Made by a program: the position numbers and the translations under genes. Of a stretch of DNA of 64,000 bases, positions 39,495-52,553 are shown piece after piece (positions within the stretch are counted from its first letter, which is position 1; each line of letters starts with the position of its first letter). Under the pieces are notes generated by a model that saw only the letters and a list, made by a program, of their open reading frames with translations, searched no databases and had not been told where the DNA came from. This DNA is from Malacoraja senta (Eukaryota). Location: NCBI GenBank assembly GCA_038087875.1, contig CM075994.1, positions 7,814,001 to 7,878,000 of the forward strand, given 5' to 3'.

Positions 39495-40032
39495 GATACA
39501 TAGATAGATACATAGAAAATAGGTGCAGGAGTAGGCCATTCGGCCCTTCGAGCCTGCACCGCCATTCAATATGATCATGGCTGATCATCCAACTCAGTAT
39601 CCCGTACCTGCCTTCTCTCCATACCCCCTGATCCCTTTAGCCACAAGGGCCACATCTAACTCCCTCTTAAATATAGCCAATGAACTGGCCTCAACTACCC
39701 TCTGTGGCAGAGAGTTCCAGAGATTCACCACTCTCTGTGTGAAAAAGTTTTTCCTCATCTCGGTCTTAAAGGAATTCCCCCTTATCCTTAAGCTGTGACC
39801 CCTTGTCCTGGACTTCCCCAACATCGGGAACAATCTTCCTGCATCTAGCCTGTCCAACCCCATGAGAATTTTGTACGTTTCTATAAGATCCCCTCTCAAT
39901 CTCCTAAATTCTAGCGAGTATAAGCCAAGTCTATCCAGTCTTTCTTCATATGAAAGTCCTGACATCCCAGGAATCAGTCTGGTGAACCTTCTCTGCACTC
40001 CCTCTATGGCTATAATGTCCTTCCTCAGATTT
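39495..40032 (-). mobile_element. Young CR1 3' fragment nearly identical to 19985-20522
   Basis: Same C-terminal peptide with few substitutions and the same type of tail. Confidence 0.92.
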
Positions 40033-40099
40033 AATAATACTATTACGTTCACCCATGCTGGATGTTGAAAAGATTTTATACTGCTGTAAAGGAGTAGGA

Positions 40100-40715
40100 T
40101 AGGGGTCAGCAACCTTGTTCTGCATAGGGGCCGGGTCGCATGTCTGTGAGTGGATTGTGGGTCACATCTATCACATGGACACACGGATGGCAGGCATCAA
40201 ATCACGTGTTCACAGGTAGACAAAAATGCTGGAGAAACTCAGCGGGTGAGGCAGCCTCATGCAATCCTTGCATCTCACCCGCTGAGTTTCTCCAGCATTT
40301 TTTGTCTACCTTAGATTTTTCCAGCATCTGCAGCTCTTTCTTATATGCGTTCCTAGAAGGTGCGTGGCCGTGCCGGCGGCTTTGCACAGGAAGCGGTACA
40401 ACCAGAGCTCAGCCTCTCCTCGGGGCGCCCGGCCACTGCTTGGGGCACTGTTGCTCGAGGGCGCCCAGCCACTGCACAGGGAGCTCGGCTGTTGCTCAGG
40501 GAGCTCGGCCGTTGCTCAGGGCGCTGCTACATGGGGCGCCTGGCTGCTGCTCGGGGAGCACGGCCGCTGCTCGGGGAGCCACTGCTCAGGGTGCCGCTGC
40601 TTGGGGGTGCTCGGCAGGCCAGATGATTACGGGGGGGGGAAAATCCGCCTGCGGGCCGGATGATTTCAGGCTACAGGCCGCATTCGGCCTGGGGGCCATA
40701 GGTTGCCGACCCCTG
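40100..40715. mobile_element. hAT (Charlie-like) MITE containing a Penelope-derived palindrome (about 40213-40343) and a GC-rich tandem array
   Basis: TIR tAGGGGTCaGCAACCT / AGGTTGCCGACCCCTG. 8-bp TSD gagtagga at 40092-40099 and 40716-40723. Confidence 0.9.
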
Positions 40716-41351
40716 GAGTAGGAGATCGAATTAATTTATACTCACAAATTAATTATGGCATTAATTAACTGATTATATCCCCTTATGTTTACATAGTTAA
40801 TGATTTTTACAGGTATATTACTATTTTTAAATGCAAAGGAATTTAAACAGACATAAATATTGCACTTCATATCGCAAGGTATGATCTCGATGTTAATGTG
40901 GTAGCAGTCATTGTTTTGTAAAAATAGAAAAGGGAAGTCCTATTATTAGCTCTATCTCTGCCTAAATTGTTTGGAGTTAAAATGTTGGAGACCTTATCAC
41001 AATGAGATAAGTGATATTGTGATTGAGTCTGACATATAGATATTAAAATGCTGTTTCCGTCAGCAGGTGAAACTGGAACTAATAGCCACGGGTTCAAGAT
41101 AAGCAGGTGTGCATTAGGGACTGAAAGGAAATATTTTTTCACTCGTGCATCTTTTTCTCTACCACAGAAGAATCCAAGGAATTATGGAGATTGGATGGGA
41201 AAGTAAATAGGAGGTTGAAATGAAATACAATTTTATATGAGATCCAACCCTTATCTTCAGGCTACACCTTTCTCATAAGATTTCCTTATTTATCGGAGAT
41301 TGTTTCACAATCAGCAACATGATAGAGCATGGGCCACCATCCACATTTGAT

Positions 41352-41444
41352 GGTCTGAAGAAGGGTTTCGGCCCGAAACGTTGCCTGTTTCCTTCGCTCC
41401 ATAGATGCTGCTGCACCCGCTGAGTTTCTCCAGCATTTTTGTGT
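41352..41444 (+). mobile_element. Minimal Penelope terminal insert (93 bp)
   Basis: 16-bp TSD accatccacatttgat at 41336-41351 and 41445-41460. Starts at the CTGAAGA...GAAAC motif. Confidence 0.8.
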
Positions 41445-42349
41445 ACCATCCACATTTGATACTTGGCTATTGTTCTGCATTTACCTGGTTCAAGTAACCC
41501 AAACAAATAAAGTGTGTAATCAATTAACGTTATTCCTTCAATTGAAGCAATATTAAACCAGATAAATGCAAACAATATTCAATAAACTAAACAACTCAGC
41601 AAAACGTAGACCATTATAGATATAGATATAGAAAGAGATTTGGTCATTTGTATTCGGATTGCAATGTGAATAGGATTTGATCTGTTACCAACAGAATGCA
41701 ATATCTGTAGATCAGTGACTCATCTTATACATTTAGCTTGTATTGACATTTAGCTCTGATTGAAAGAATGTACACGTAGCCTCTCAAATGTCTGAAAATC
41801 TATTTACTTGCTGCCACCTATGTTATTAAAATGCTTTGAGTAACATAATAGAATCATGTTGGCAGATGAGAAAAATTTCCATCCACAAAATTGCTGAGAA
41901 AATATTTGAAAAACAACAAAGTCTACTTCTGCCGCAAAGCTAACAAGTGGTTGCAATTCATAAACTATTACAAATATATTAAACTATTACAAAAATTGTG
42001 AGTTGTTCTATAAAATGCAAATAAAATTTCACTTTGAAGCCCTTAATGACATTTTAAATAATTTAAAACATTACTGCAAGTAGAAATAATTAAAGACACA
42101 TAACCTACTCTAATCTTGTGGAAGTTCACACTAGCTGTGGGTTCCATGAAGAGTTCACTGTTGCTTGTAAAGGGAGCTGACAGTCCATATGTTATTCGAA
42201 ATCATCTGGGTAGACCTCAGCAACATTTATGAACTCTTGGAAGGACCAGCTACTTGTGGGATCATTTCAGCACCTATAGGAAATTAATCCACAATTAATT
42301 TCTAATTTGGTGATACTCCTTTTACTAATTATCTAAGTCTCTAGGTCTC

Positions 42350-44770
42350 TGCGATAGATTCACTTCATCCTAGGACCTTGACAAATGTGGTTAGTGAGGT
42401 TGATGTATTGGTTTTAATTTTCTGACATTCCCTACATGTGGGAAGGCTCCATTAGATTGGAAAAATTAACCTCTTTATTGAAAATGGAGAATGACAAAAA
42501 GGAAGAAAGGGGGCAGTTAAAATCTATTGTAGGAAAAAAGTTAGAGACATTGTAGCAACATTGGAGAGACATAGGGCACTTAGTAAAAGTCGAGATAATC
42601 AGGCAATGTTAATTTGGTTTTGTGAAAGAGAAATCACGTTTGACCAATTTATTGGTGTTGTTACAAGAAAGAACAAATCGCTAAGGCATGCAGCATTGAA
42701 ACTGGCCCATGAATCCATTGAATCTATGTTGACCATTAAACATCCATCTATAGTTTATTTATTTTTATTTTCCCATTTATTTATCACATTAAATCCCATT
42801 TGATGCTCCCCATATTCCCATTAACCTCCTCCTGAAAATGCCATTTACCTCCGCGCCAGTGTCAATTTGTGGAAGCTATTTAACCTCCAACTTGTTTTGG
42901 GGATATGGGAGGACCCCGAGCACCTGTGAAACGCATGTGGCCACAGAGAGATTGTGCAAACTACATTTAAACAGAGATTAGGATTGGACCCAATTTGCTA
43001 GAGTTCTACAAGCTGCACCACAGTGCCACCATGGATAAAGGGGAATTGATGAATATAAAATATTACCATTTCACGAAGGCATTTGATATGGAGCTGCATC
43101 AACGGTTTAATAGAAAACAAAGGATTGTGGTTTAGGAGATAACATATTGGGAGAAATTGAAGACTGGTTGGAAACCAGGAAGCCGAGAGTAAGATATTTC
43201 TGCTTGGTAAAATGTAATGAGGATTGATGCTGAGATTTCAACTTTGACTGTAAGTAAATGACTGAAGGCACCTAAGCTGTGATTGCTTAATTTTCTGTTG
43301 ATAGATTGGAAAATATGTTGTGAAGAGAAAATGAGGAGGCAACAAAGGATTATGAATAAGTATAATGTGGGATAATGTGAAATTTATCATTTTTAGCAGG
43401 ACAAAAATAAAAGAAGCAAATTATCTAAATCATGAGATATTACTCAGTTCTGAGCAAGAGGGCAGTTTGGATGCTTTAGTGAAGACACAAGAAACTGCAG
43501 ATGCCAGAATCTTGGGTAAAAAATAAAGTGCTAGAGAAACTCAGCAGCTCAGTCAGCATCCTTGGAGGAATGGATAGACAATGTTTTAGTTTGGGACGCT
43601 TCTTTGGACTGATTGGAATAAGGGGGGAGAAAGCTTAACAAAGAGAATTGGTGGTAAGACAAAGCCAGGCAAGTGATAGCTATGGGTTGTATGCTATGAG
43701 TTGTGAGCTACCCATGTGAAATATGAGCTGCTATTCTTCCATCAATGTTCATACTGTTGAGTTGGAAGAATAGAATTTTAGACGCAAAGTGCTGGAGTAA
43801 CTCAGTGGGTCGGGCAGCATCTCTGGAGAACATGTATTGGCTACTATGCAGGTATAATAGGTTATATTCCAGTTACTGTATATACAACATTGGTAAGGCC
43901 ACAAGTAGTATTGTACAATATTGGTTAACGTATTTAAGGAAGGATGTAAATGGATTGGAAGCAGATGAGGGAATATTTACTACATTAATACCTTACATTA
44001 AGATGGGTCATGTTATGACAGAAGGTGGATAAGATAAGCTTGTGTACACTGGAGTTTTGATGAATTAGGGGGCTTAATTAAGGCATCGAAGGGTAAATGC
44101 AGAGCATATTTCCTATTGAGAGAAATCTAGTTATGGATTGCTGTGGAAAAATATCTATTTAAATATGAGGTAATATCTATTTAAAATTAAGAGGGATTGT
44201 TTTAAATAGATCGGAGCCCCAGTTCGCCTAGACACTGCAGTTGGACTGCGGGTTGGACTGCTTGAACCGCGGGGTTTGAAGGGCGCGGAGCCGGGGCCTA
44301 GCATCGTCCGGCGTGGCTGAATGGCCACGGGACTTGCCATCGTCCGCCGGGGGCTTTAACACCGGAGCCCCAGTTCGCCTAGACGCTGCAGTTGGACTGC
44401 TGGACCGCGGGTGAAGAATAAAGGGAAGAGATAAGACTTTGCCTTCCATCACAGTGAGGAGGTGTTGGAGACTCACTGTGATGGATGTTTATGTAAACTG
44501 TGTTAAGTGTGGGTCTTGGTTTTTTTTTGTAATGTGTTAAAAAGCTGTAGTAATGATATTTTGTTCAAGCCTAGGCTTGTATGACAATAAATAGCATTCA
44601 ATTCAATCAAAGTTTTTGGAACTTCCTTCCTCAAAGGGTGATGGAAAAGAAGTCTCTGAATATTTTCTAGGCAGAAGTAAATATTTACTTGCTTCAGAAA
44701 ACTTTATTGCTGATGGATGAGAATATGGAGCTGAGGTTACAATCAGGTCAGCCACAATCGTATCGACAAA
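42350..44770 (+). mobile_element. Ancient CR1 interrupted by a SINE (about 42690-43030, minus), Penelope pieces (about 43485-43835) and the 44212 retroposon
   Basis: Degenerate RT and C-terminal segments remain in collinear order. Confidence 0.55.
44212..44610 (+). mobile_element. GC-rich retroposon, third tail type
   Basis: Internal direct repeat of about 38 bp. Perfect 14-bp stem at 44445-44458 / 44472-44485. atgacaataaa plus (ATTCA)n tail. Confidence 0.6.
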
Positions 44771-44929
44771 GCATGATGAAGATGAGTTCCACTAACAGAA
44801 AATCTGGATGAATGTACAGATACAAAACTAATGACAAATTCAATCTGTTGTGAATCTCTGAACAACTGAAGGCCACACTGTTAACGGGTGAGTATTTTCC
44901 AGCCTAGTTCAGTTTTTAAAATTTTAAGC

Positions 44930-45405
44930 CAGAAACCAGATGAAATACTCTCTACTTCTCAAGATATGTTCAGTTTCTGTGACATTTAACAAGCTTGATT
45001 CCTCACAGGACAAAGCAACTGGTTTGATTGCCTTTGCATCCATCATTCTCAACATCTATTACCCACACCACTGGTGCATTGTAGCTGCTGTGTATACTAT
45101 CTACAGAATACAATTTAGTCGCTCACTAAAATATACTCGAACAGCACCTCCCTGCCTACAACCTTATACCACCCAGAGAAAAGATAAATGTAGCAAACAT
45201 ATGGAAATCCCATGATACTCTCTCCTAAGGTGCAAACCATTTTGATTGTGAAATACATTGCTGTTCCTTTCCTCCTCACTGGATTTACATCTTGCAGCTC
45301 CCTATCCTACAGCATTATGGGTGTGTGCCTTCACCAAAAACAGCAGTTCAAGAAAGTGGCTCACCGCCACATTTTTATGTACAGTTAGGCTTGGACAATA
45401 AATGG
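44930..45405 (+). mobile_element. Old CR1/L2-group LINE 3' end from a different family
   Basis: Peptide LD..QDKA..LI...HHW..VAAVYTIYR and tail ttcaagaaagtggctcacc...caataaatg. Confidence 0.5.
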
Positions 45406-45434
45406 TTTTAAAAATATAACAAAGTGAATGGGAA

Positions 45435-46815
45435 AGTGGTGGGAAAGATGCTGGAGTCAATTATGAAAGAGGTAATAATGGGGCATTTGGATAGCAGTAA
45501 AAGGATTAGTCCAAGTCAGCATGGATTTATGAAAGGAAAATCATGCTTGACTAATCTTCTGGAATTTTTTGAGGATGTGACAAGTAAAATGGATGAAGGG
45601 AAGCCAGTGGATGTAGTGTATCTAGACTTTCAGAAAGCCTTTGATAAGGTCGTGCACGGGAGACTTGTGACTAAAATTAGAGCACATGGTATTGGGGGTA
45701 GGGTGTTGACATGGATAGAAAATTGGTTGGCAGACAGGAAGCAAAGAGTAGGAGTGAACGGGTCCTTTTCAGAATGGCAGGCAGTGGCGAGTGGAGTGCC
45801 GCAAGGCTCGGTGTTGGGGCCACAACTGTTTAACATATATATTAATGATTTGGAAGAGGGAATTAGGAGCAACACTAGCAAGTTTGCGGATGACACAAAG
45901 CTGGGTGGCAGTGTGAACTGTGAAGAGGATGTTAGGAGGTTGCAGGTTGACCTGGACAGGTTGAGTGAGTGGGCAGATGCGTGGCAGATGCAGTATAATA
46001 TAGATAAATGTGAGGTTATCCACTTTGGTGGCAAAAACAAGGGGGCAGATTATTATCTCAATGGGGTTAGGTTAGGTAAGGGGGAGGTACAGCGAGACCT
46101 GGGTGTCCTTGTATACCAGTCACTGAAAGTTGGCGTGCAGGTACAGCAGGCAGTGAAGAAAGCTAATGGAATGTTGGCCTTCATAACAAGAGGATTTCAG
46201 TATAGGAGTAGAGAGGTTCTTCTGCAGTTGTATCGGGCTCTGGAAAGACCACATCTGGAGTAATGCGTACAGTTTTGGTCTCCTGATTTGAGGAAGGACA
46301 TCCTTGTGATTGAGGCAGTGCAGCGTAGGTTTACGAGATTGATCCCTGGGATGGCGGGACTGTCGTATGAGGAAAGATTGAAAAGACTAGAGTATTCACT
46401 GGAGTTTAGAAGGATGAGGGGGAATCTTATAGAAACATATACAATTATAAAAGGACTGGACAAGCTAGATGCAGGAAAAATGTTCCCAATGTAGGGCGAG
46501 TCCAGAACCAGAGGTCACAGCCTGAGAATAAAGGGGAGGCCATTTAAGAGGTGAGAAAAAACGTTTTCACCCAGAGAGTTGTGAATTTGTGGAATTCCCT
46601 GCCACAGAGGGTAGTGGAGGCCAAATCACTGGATGGATTTAAGAGAGAGTTAGATAGAGCTCTAGGGGCTAGTGGAATCAAGGGATATGGGGAGAAGGCA
46701 GGCACGGGTTATTGATTGGGGACGATCAGCCATGATTACAATGAATGGCGGTGCTGGCTCAAAGGGCCGAATGGCCTCCTCCTACACCTATTTTCTATAT
46801 TTCTATGTTTCTATG
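45435..46815 (+). mobile_element. 5'-truncated CR1
   Basis: 279-aa RT ORF with KFADD, 3' UTR and (CTATGTTT)n tail. Confidence 0.92.
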
Positions 46816-47405
46816 AATGCCCGTGAAACAATTATTTTTATGCCGACTTTTTGCAGTACCTGTATTGGCGTAAATATGTATGTACCTACAAATCATTTTC
46901 TCAAACTCCATATTTATTGATATATACAGAAATTAAATTATTGCTTTAAAGCTAAAAAATCAATGAGAATATGTTTTGACTTTTTTTGGAAGCCCATGAG
47001 TAAGCCTTCCCTAATGTCAACAAATAAATGGCAATATTATTAGTCATCAAATAAAGCATGTGAGAGTAACTGAAAGTCACCGATATAGAAAAGGGAATTT
47101 AGTCTCACCCTTGTTCAAACCACTTTTCCAGCCCAACCTTGATATGGGTTGGAACTAAATAAATAATTGTTTATTCAGCCTGATTTTCATAGGGAATGGT
47201 GAGCTCAGGTAACTATCATTAGTTGGCAAGGAGAGATAGGTAATGCAGATGACATCATTTTTATTCGGAAAAAAAGCATTAGTCATTTTTATAATTCGAA
47301 AACTATACGGAGGATTGACATTTAAAAAGACTTTCAATGAAACATCAATTTTGTATGAGTAAGCTACAGGTTTCTAATGAAGACTCCTTTGTTAATTAAT
47401 AGTTA

Positions 47406-48862
47406 CAGTGCATTCCGAAAGTATTCAAACCCCTTTCCTTTTTCCACATTTTGTTACGTTACAGCCTTATTCTAAAATGGATTAAAAAAAAATTTAATCA
47501 TCAATCTACACACAAAACCCCATAATAAAAAAAGCGAAAACAAGTGTTTAGAAATGTTTAAAAAGTAATTAAAAAGTAATAACTGAAATATCACATTTAC
47601 ATAAGTATTCAGACCCTTTACTCAGTACTCTGTTGAGGCACCTTTGGCAGCAGTTATAAACTCAAGTCTTCTTGGGTATGACGCTACAAGCTTGGCACAC
47701 CTGTATTTGGGTAATTTCTCTCATTCTTCTCTGCAGATCCTCTCAAGCTCTGTCAGCTTGGATGGGGAGCGTCGATGCACAGCTAATTTCAGTTCCCTCC
47801 AGAGATGTTCGATCGGGCCACTCAAGGACATACACAGACTTGTCACAAAGCCACACTTGCGTTGTCTTGGCTGTGTGCTCAGGGTCATTGTCCTGTTGGA
47901 CTAGTCTCCCAGTTCCTGCCGCTGAAAAACATCCCCACAGCATGATGCTGACACCACCATGCTTCAATGTAGGTATGGTGTTGGCCAAGTGATGAGCAGT
48001 GCCTGGTTTCCTCCAGACGCGACGCTTGGCATTCAGGCCAAAGAGTTCAATCTTGGTTTCATCAGACCAGAGTCCTTTAGGTGCCCTTTGGCAAACTCCA
48101 AGCAGGCTCTCCTGTGCCTTTTACTGCAGTGGCTTCCATTTGGCCACTCTATCATAAAGGCCTGATTGGTGGAGTGCTGCAGATATAGTTGTCCTTCTGC
48201 AAGGTTCTCCCATCTCCACAGAGGAAGTCTGGAACTCTGTCAGAGTGACCATCGGGTTCTTAGTCACCTCCCTGACCAAGGCCCTCCTCCCCCGATTGCT
48301 GAGTTTGGCCGGGCGGCCAGCTCTATGAAGAGTCCTGGGGGTTCCAAAGTTCTTCCATTTAAGAATGACGGAGGCCACTGTGCTCTTTGTGACCTGTAAT
48401 GCTGCAGAAATTGTTTTATACCCTTCCCCAGATCTGTGTCTCGACACAATCCTTCATCTTCATGGCTTGGTTTTTGCTCTGACGTGCACTGTCAACTGTG
48501 CGACCTTATATAGACAGGTGTGTGCCTTTCCATATCATGTACAATCAATTTAATTTACCACTGGTGGACTCCAATCAAGTTGTAGAAACTTCTCAACGAT
48601 AATCAATGGAAACAAGATGCACATAAGCTCAATTTTGAGTGTCATAGCAAAGGGTCTGAATACTTATGTAAATGTGATATTTCAGTTATTTATTTTTAAT
48701 TACTTTGCAAACATTTCTAAGCACCTGTTTTCACTTTTTTTATTATGGGGTATTGTGTGTAGATCGATGTTAAAAACATAATTTAATCAAGTTTAGAATA
48801 AGGCTGTAACGTAACAAAATGTGGAAAAAGTGAAGGGGTCTGAATACTTTCTGAATACACTG
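47406..48862 (-). mobile_element. Tc1/mariner transposon with long IR/DR-type TIRs and a deleted transposase
   Basis: CAGTG...CACTG ends flanked by TA. TIRs of about 220 bp with two aagtattca(a/g)acccc repeats. HTH segment SGEGYKTIS...[20 protein letters not shown] and QQDNDPEH motifs with internal deletions. Confidence 0.93.
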
Positions 48863-49009
48863 TATATTATTTTTAATATTTTATATTTTGAAAAGTTAAT
48901 ATTTTACTCTAAACCAACTGGCATTTCAGAAGAGACAGTCTAGTATTGTGCTCTCGAGTTATCTTGCTATATTTTGTATCTACAAAAAATTAATTGAACA
49001 AACAAGAAT

Positions 49010-49085
49010 GTTGGTAGTCAGGATCAAACCCGGGTCTCTGGTGCTATAAGGCAGCCACTCTACTGCTGTGCCACTGGGCTGCCCC
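49010..49085 (-). mobile_element. tRNA-derived SINE head (similar copy at about 52915-52980)
   Basis: Reverse strand reads ggggcagcccagtggcacagcagtagag...ccgggtttgatcc, with A/B-box-like motifs. Confidence 0.65.
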
Positions 49086-51194
49086 AATAATCTTGCTGAA
49101 TAGTTCCAGTATTTTCTGTTGTTATTTCAGATTTCCAGCACCAGTGCTCATTGCTGTTCCTCTCAGTGCAAGTTCTTCAATAGTGATAATGTCCTTGTAA
49201 ATCCACTTTGAATGCTCTTTCCTGCAAACTGGTAACTAAAACTATATCTATTATTTAAATTTGTGGGTGATTTAGCATTATGTACAATTAAAGCAAGATT
49301 TCCCTTCTCTTAGGTGAATACCTCAGCTAATAAAGGAAACCCTTTTATAACCAGGGCTGCAGACAGGGCGTTAAATTAAATAGTGGGGTTGGGGTTCAAC
49401 AAATCAAAAATGTATTTGTTAAAGGGAAGGAGAGTGCAGGAGAGGTTACCAAAGTCAACAGAAGTAATAGATAGAAAGTTTATGAAAGGATAAGAATCTA
49501 AGGTCAGGCAAAACTGAGACCAATGTCAGAATGGGAGTGGTGAATACTGAACTAAAGGTGTTATATTTGAATGCACGCAGTATACAGAACAAAGTAAATG
49601 AGCTAATAGAAATTGGTAGGTAAAAATGTTGTGGGCATCATGGAGACGTGGCTGAAAGAAGATCGGAGCTTGGAGTGAATATCCAAGGTTACATTTCCTA
49701 TTGAAAAGACAGGCAGATGGGCAGAGGGAGTGGAATGGCGCTGCTGGTAAAGAATGAAATTCAGTTCTTAGCCAGGGGTGATATAGAATCAGATGATGTA
49801 GAATCCTCGCTTGCACCTCCTCCAACCTCATCTACTGTATCCGCTGTTCCAGGTGTCAACTTCTCTATATCGGCGAGACTAAGCGCAAGTTCAGCGATCG
49901 TTTCGCTGAATATCTCCGCTCAGTCCGTCTTAACCTACCTGACCACGGCTCAGCACTTCAACTCCCCATGGACGGAAATCCTGGGTGGGACGGGGCATGT
50001 CCCCCCCATGTTTTGAGAGGTGGGAGACAACCCACTCCCCATGTTTTGTGAAACGTGTTGCAGCAAAATTGCCTTGGAAATTTACATTTTTCAAAAGCGA
50101 ACAATTGGAGTCGTTTATCACTTGATTCCTCTGAGACAAAAAAGATTTGTTAACTACTACTGTTAGTGCTTGTTAACGGCCAGTAATTAACAAGTAGTTA
50201 TACATTGTGTCACCAATACATCGATATGCATTCCTCAGTAAATATAATTGTGTTTTGAGAATTTCTTATAACTGTCATTAAGGGCTCTGGACCGCGAGCA
50301 CAGGCTTCTTCCTAGCGTGCAGGTACAGTCCTTCATTCACCCACGTTATTTAGTAATTTTTACCCATCATTTAGGGATGTTATATTAATTTTAAAAATTT
50401 GTATATTTATTTTTGTTAGTTTATCAAAAGTTTCTTTATGTATTTTTTTGTTAGTTTGTGAAAAGTCTATGTGTGTTGTTTTCTCTCTCCTCCAGGGTTA
50501 GTTCTTCTGTTTGCCTTTATTTGCTTCAGTTTTATTTAGTGTTATTTATCACGTTGTGGTTGTAGCTTTTGAAAGATTTAAACGGGTATCGGATTTTAAA
50601 AATGCATATAACATCCCTTAGTGGATCTAATGTAACTGGGACATATTGGCCAGTGTGGGCAAGTTGGGTCAAAGGGCCTGTTTCCACACTGTATCACTCT
50701 ATGATCTGCAATGTTTATGAGCACGGTTGCCTCTATGCTGAAAATCTCCAGCGCCAGTGGAGATACTTTCACGTCTGACTCCACTAATACAGAGTGGCAA
50801 TGGAAGTTGAGAAACCTGGCACTGACAGCGATCCATGTGAAAGGTCAGCACCAACCAACAATGAAGGCACTATGAAACCAACTGCCGCAAGCCCTTCCCA
50901 CAGGACGGGATTTTAACTCAGCATTAAAAATCAAAAAAGAGTTACATTGATATAAATAGTTCTTAAATTCGGGAACCTGGTTAATTAAATGGTGGGATTT
51001 CCCTGTCCTAACTATGCCTTTGTTTTAGCCGGTGGTTACATCCATTCAATCCTTCCCTCGCAAAGATGTGAGATTTCATTAAGAGCACACTTGGATGGAT
51101 AGATGCAAGCAGCATGTAAACATGTAAACGTCTATTGTCTCTTCCATGCGCACAATGCATGAAGTCGATGAAATGAGACAACCGTCACACCAAA

Positions 51195-51496
51195 GATAGA
51201 CACAAAATGCTGGAGTGACAGTCACAGACTCAGTCTTCAGGTCTGAAGAAGGGTCTCGAACCGAAACGTCACCCATTCCTTCTCTCCAGAGATGCTGCCT
51301 GTTCCGCTGAGTTACTCCAGCTTTTTGTGTCCATTTTCGGTTTAAACCAGCATCTGTAGTTCCTTCCTACACAACTGTCACACCAAACTAATTGTCCAAG
51401 GTACACAAAAATAGTGGAGAAACTCAGCGGGTGCAGCAGCACCTATGGAGCGAAGGAAATAGGCAACGTTTCGGGCCGAAACCCTTCTTCAGACTT
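51195..51496. mobile_element. Two Penelope terminal mini-inserts (51195-51370 and about 51398-51496 minus)
   Basis: The first has a 17-bp TSD acaacYgtcacaccaaa at 51178-51194 and 51371-51387. Confidence 0.75.
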
Positions 51497-51541
51497 GGTT
51501 TGCTGAATATTGCATAAGACATGGTCAGAAGAAGGGAGAAG

Positions 51542-51542
<1 letters not shown>

Positions 51543-51574
<32 letters not shown>
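51543..51574. repeat. (TA)n microsatellite
   Basis: Seen directly. Confidence 0.95.
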
Positions 51575-51575
<1 letters not shown>

Positions 51576-52519
51576 TGCCTCTTTTATGCATATTCGGGGG
51601 AAAAATTAAACATGTGGCAAATATGTTATTGCTGCCTTTGTGTCGGAGAAGGGGAAAAGTTGCAGTTGAATCATTTGCAATTTCCATTTCATTCTTTTCC
51701 ACTGTGTGACGTGGGCTGATCGATACTGCGTCGCTCGTCTATCTTTCACTCGTGCTCATGAGATTACTTTCAAGATGCTCAGATGATCTTCTAATGCGGT
51801 CATTGTTCCGAGTGCCAAATCCCTTCAGCTGTACCTGCAGCTGAAGCTATGGGTGGATTAGTAGACCTTGAAGAGCCATTGACACTTTGTTTTTACGTAG
51901 AGGGGTAAAAGAGGTAAGGTGTGTGATTTGAGAGTAATTTATCGTCTGCGGGGGGGGAAAAAAGTACGACTTACTCGACACTGCTGTTAAAATTGCACTG
52001 TTAAATGCGCAAAGTTCAAAAAAACAAATGAACTGCAAATGAACTGAAAAAATACAGATTATCTGGTGTTTTGTGCATGGGAGCTTGTTGTGTGCGTTAC
52101 GCAGGCAACCGGACAGTATTACTGTGTTTAAACAATAAATAAAATGTGCTTCTGGTTGTCGGGGGGGGGGGGGGGGGGGAAGTGGGAGGAGATAAAATTG
52201 TTAGTTGTCATGCACACTTGTCAGCCAGCCGCCAGGAAATTTGTGTCCCCCCCCCCCATGTTTTAAAAGCGATTTCCGCCCCTCCTTTTCCCAAACTGAA
52301 TTTTCTGGCCATGGTCAGAGTGAGGCCCAGCACAAATTGGAGGAACAGCACCTCATATTTCGCTTAGGTCGTTTACACCCCAGCGGTATGAACGTTGACT
52401 TCTCTAACTTCAGATAGCCCTTGCTTTCTCTCTCCATCCCCTCCCCCTTCCCAGTTCTCCCACTAGTCTTACTGTCTCCAACCACATTCTATCTTTGTCC
52501 CATCCCCTCCCCTGACATC

Positions 52520-52553
52520 AGTCTGAAGAAGGGTCTTGACCCGAAACGTCACT
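52520..52553 (+). ncRNA. Minimal hammerhead-ribozyme-like motif in the Penelope terminal repeat
   Basis: agu-CUGAAGA-a-GGGUC uu GACCC-GAAAC-GUC-acu. Confidence 0.6.

Larger units (their letters stand above)
49967..52284. mobile_element. Non-autonomous hAT-like DNA transposon
   Basis: Imperfect TIR CATGGACGGAAATC / GATTTCCGCCCCTC. Subterminal tgtccccccc(c)atgtttt at both ends. No clean 8-bp TSD. Confidence 0.6.

Noticed and set aside
42110..42277. Minus-strand exon-like segment after cctatag
   Set aside because: Stops in all three frames; at most non-coding and unsupported.
49010..49085. tRNA gene
   Set aside because: Degenerate tRNA-derived SINE head that recurs with SINE bodies elsewhere in the window.
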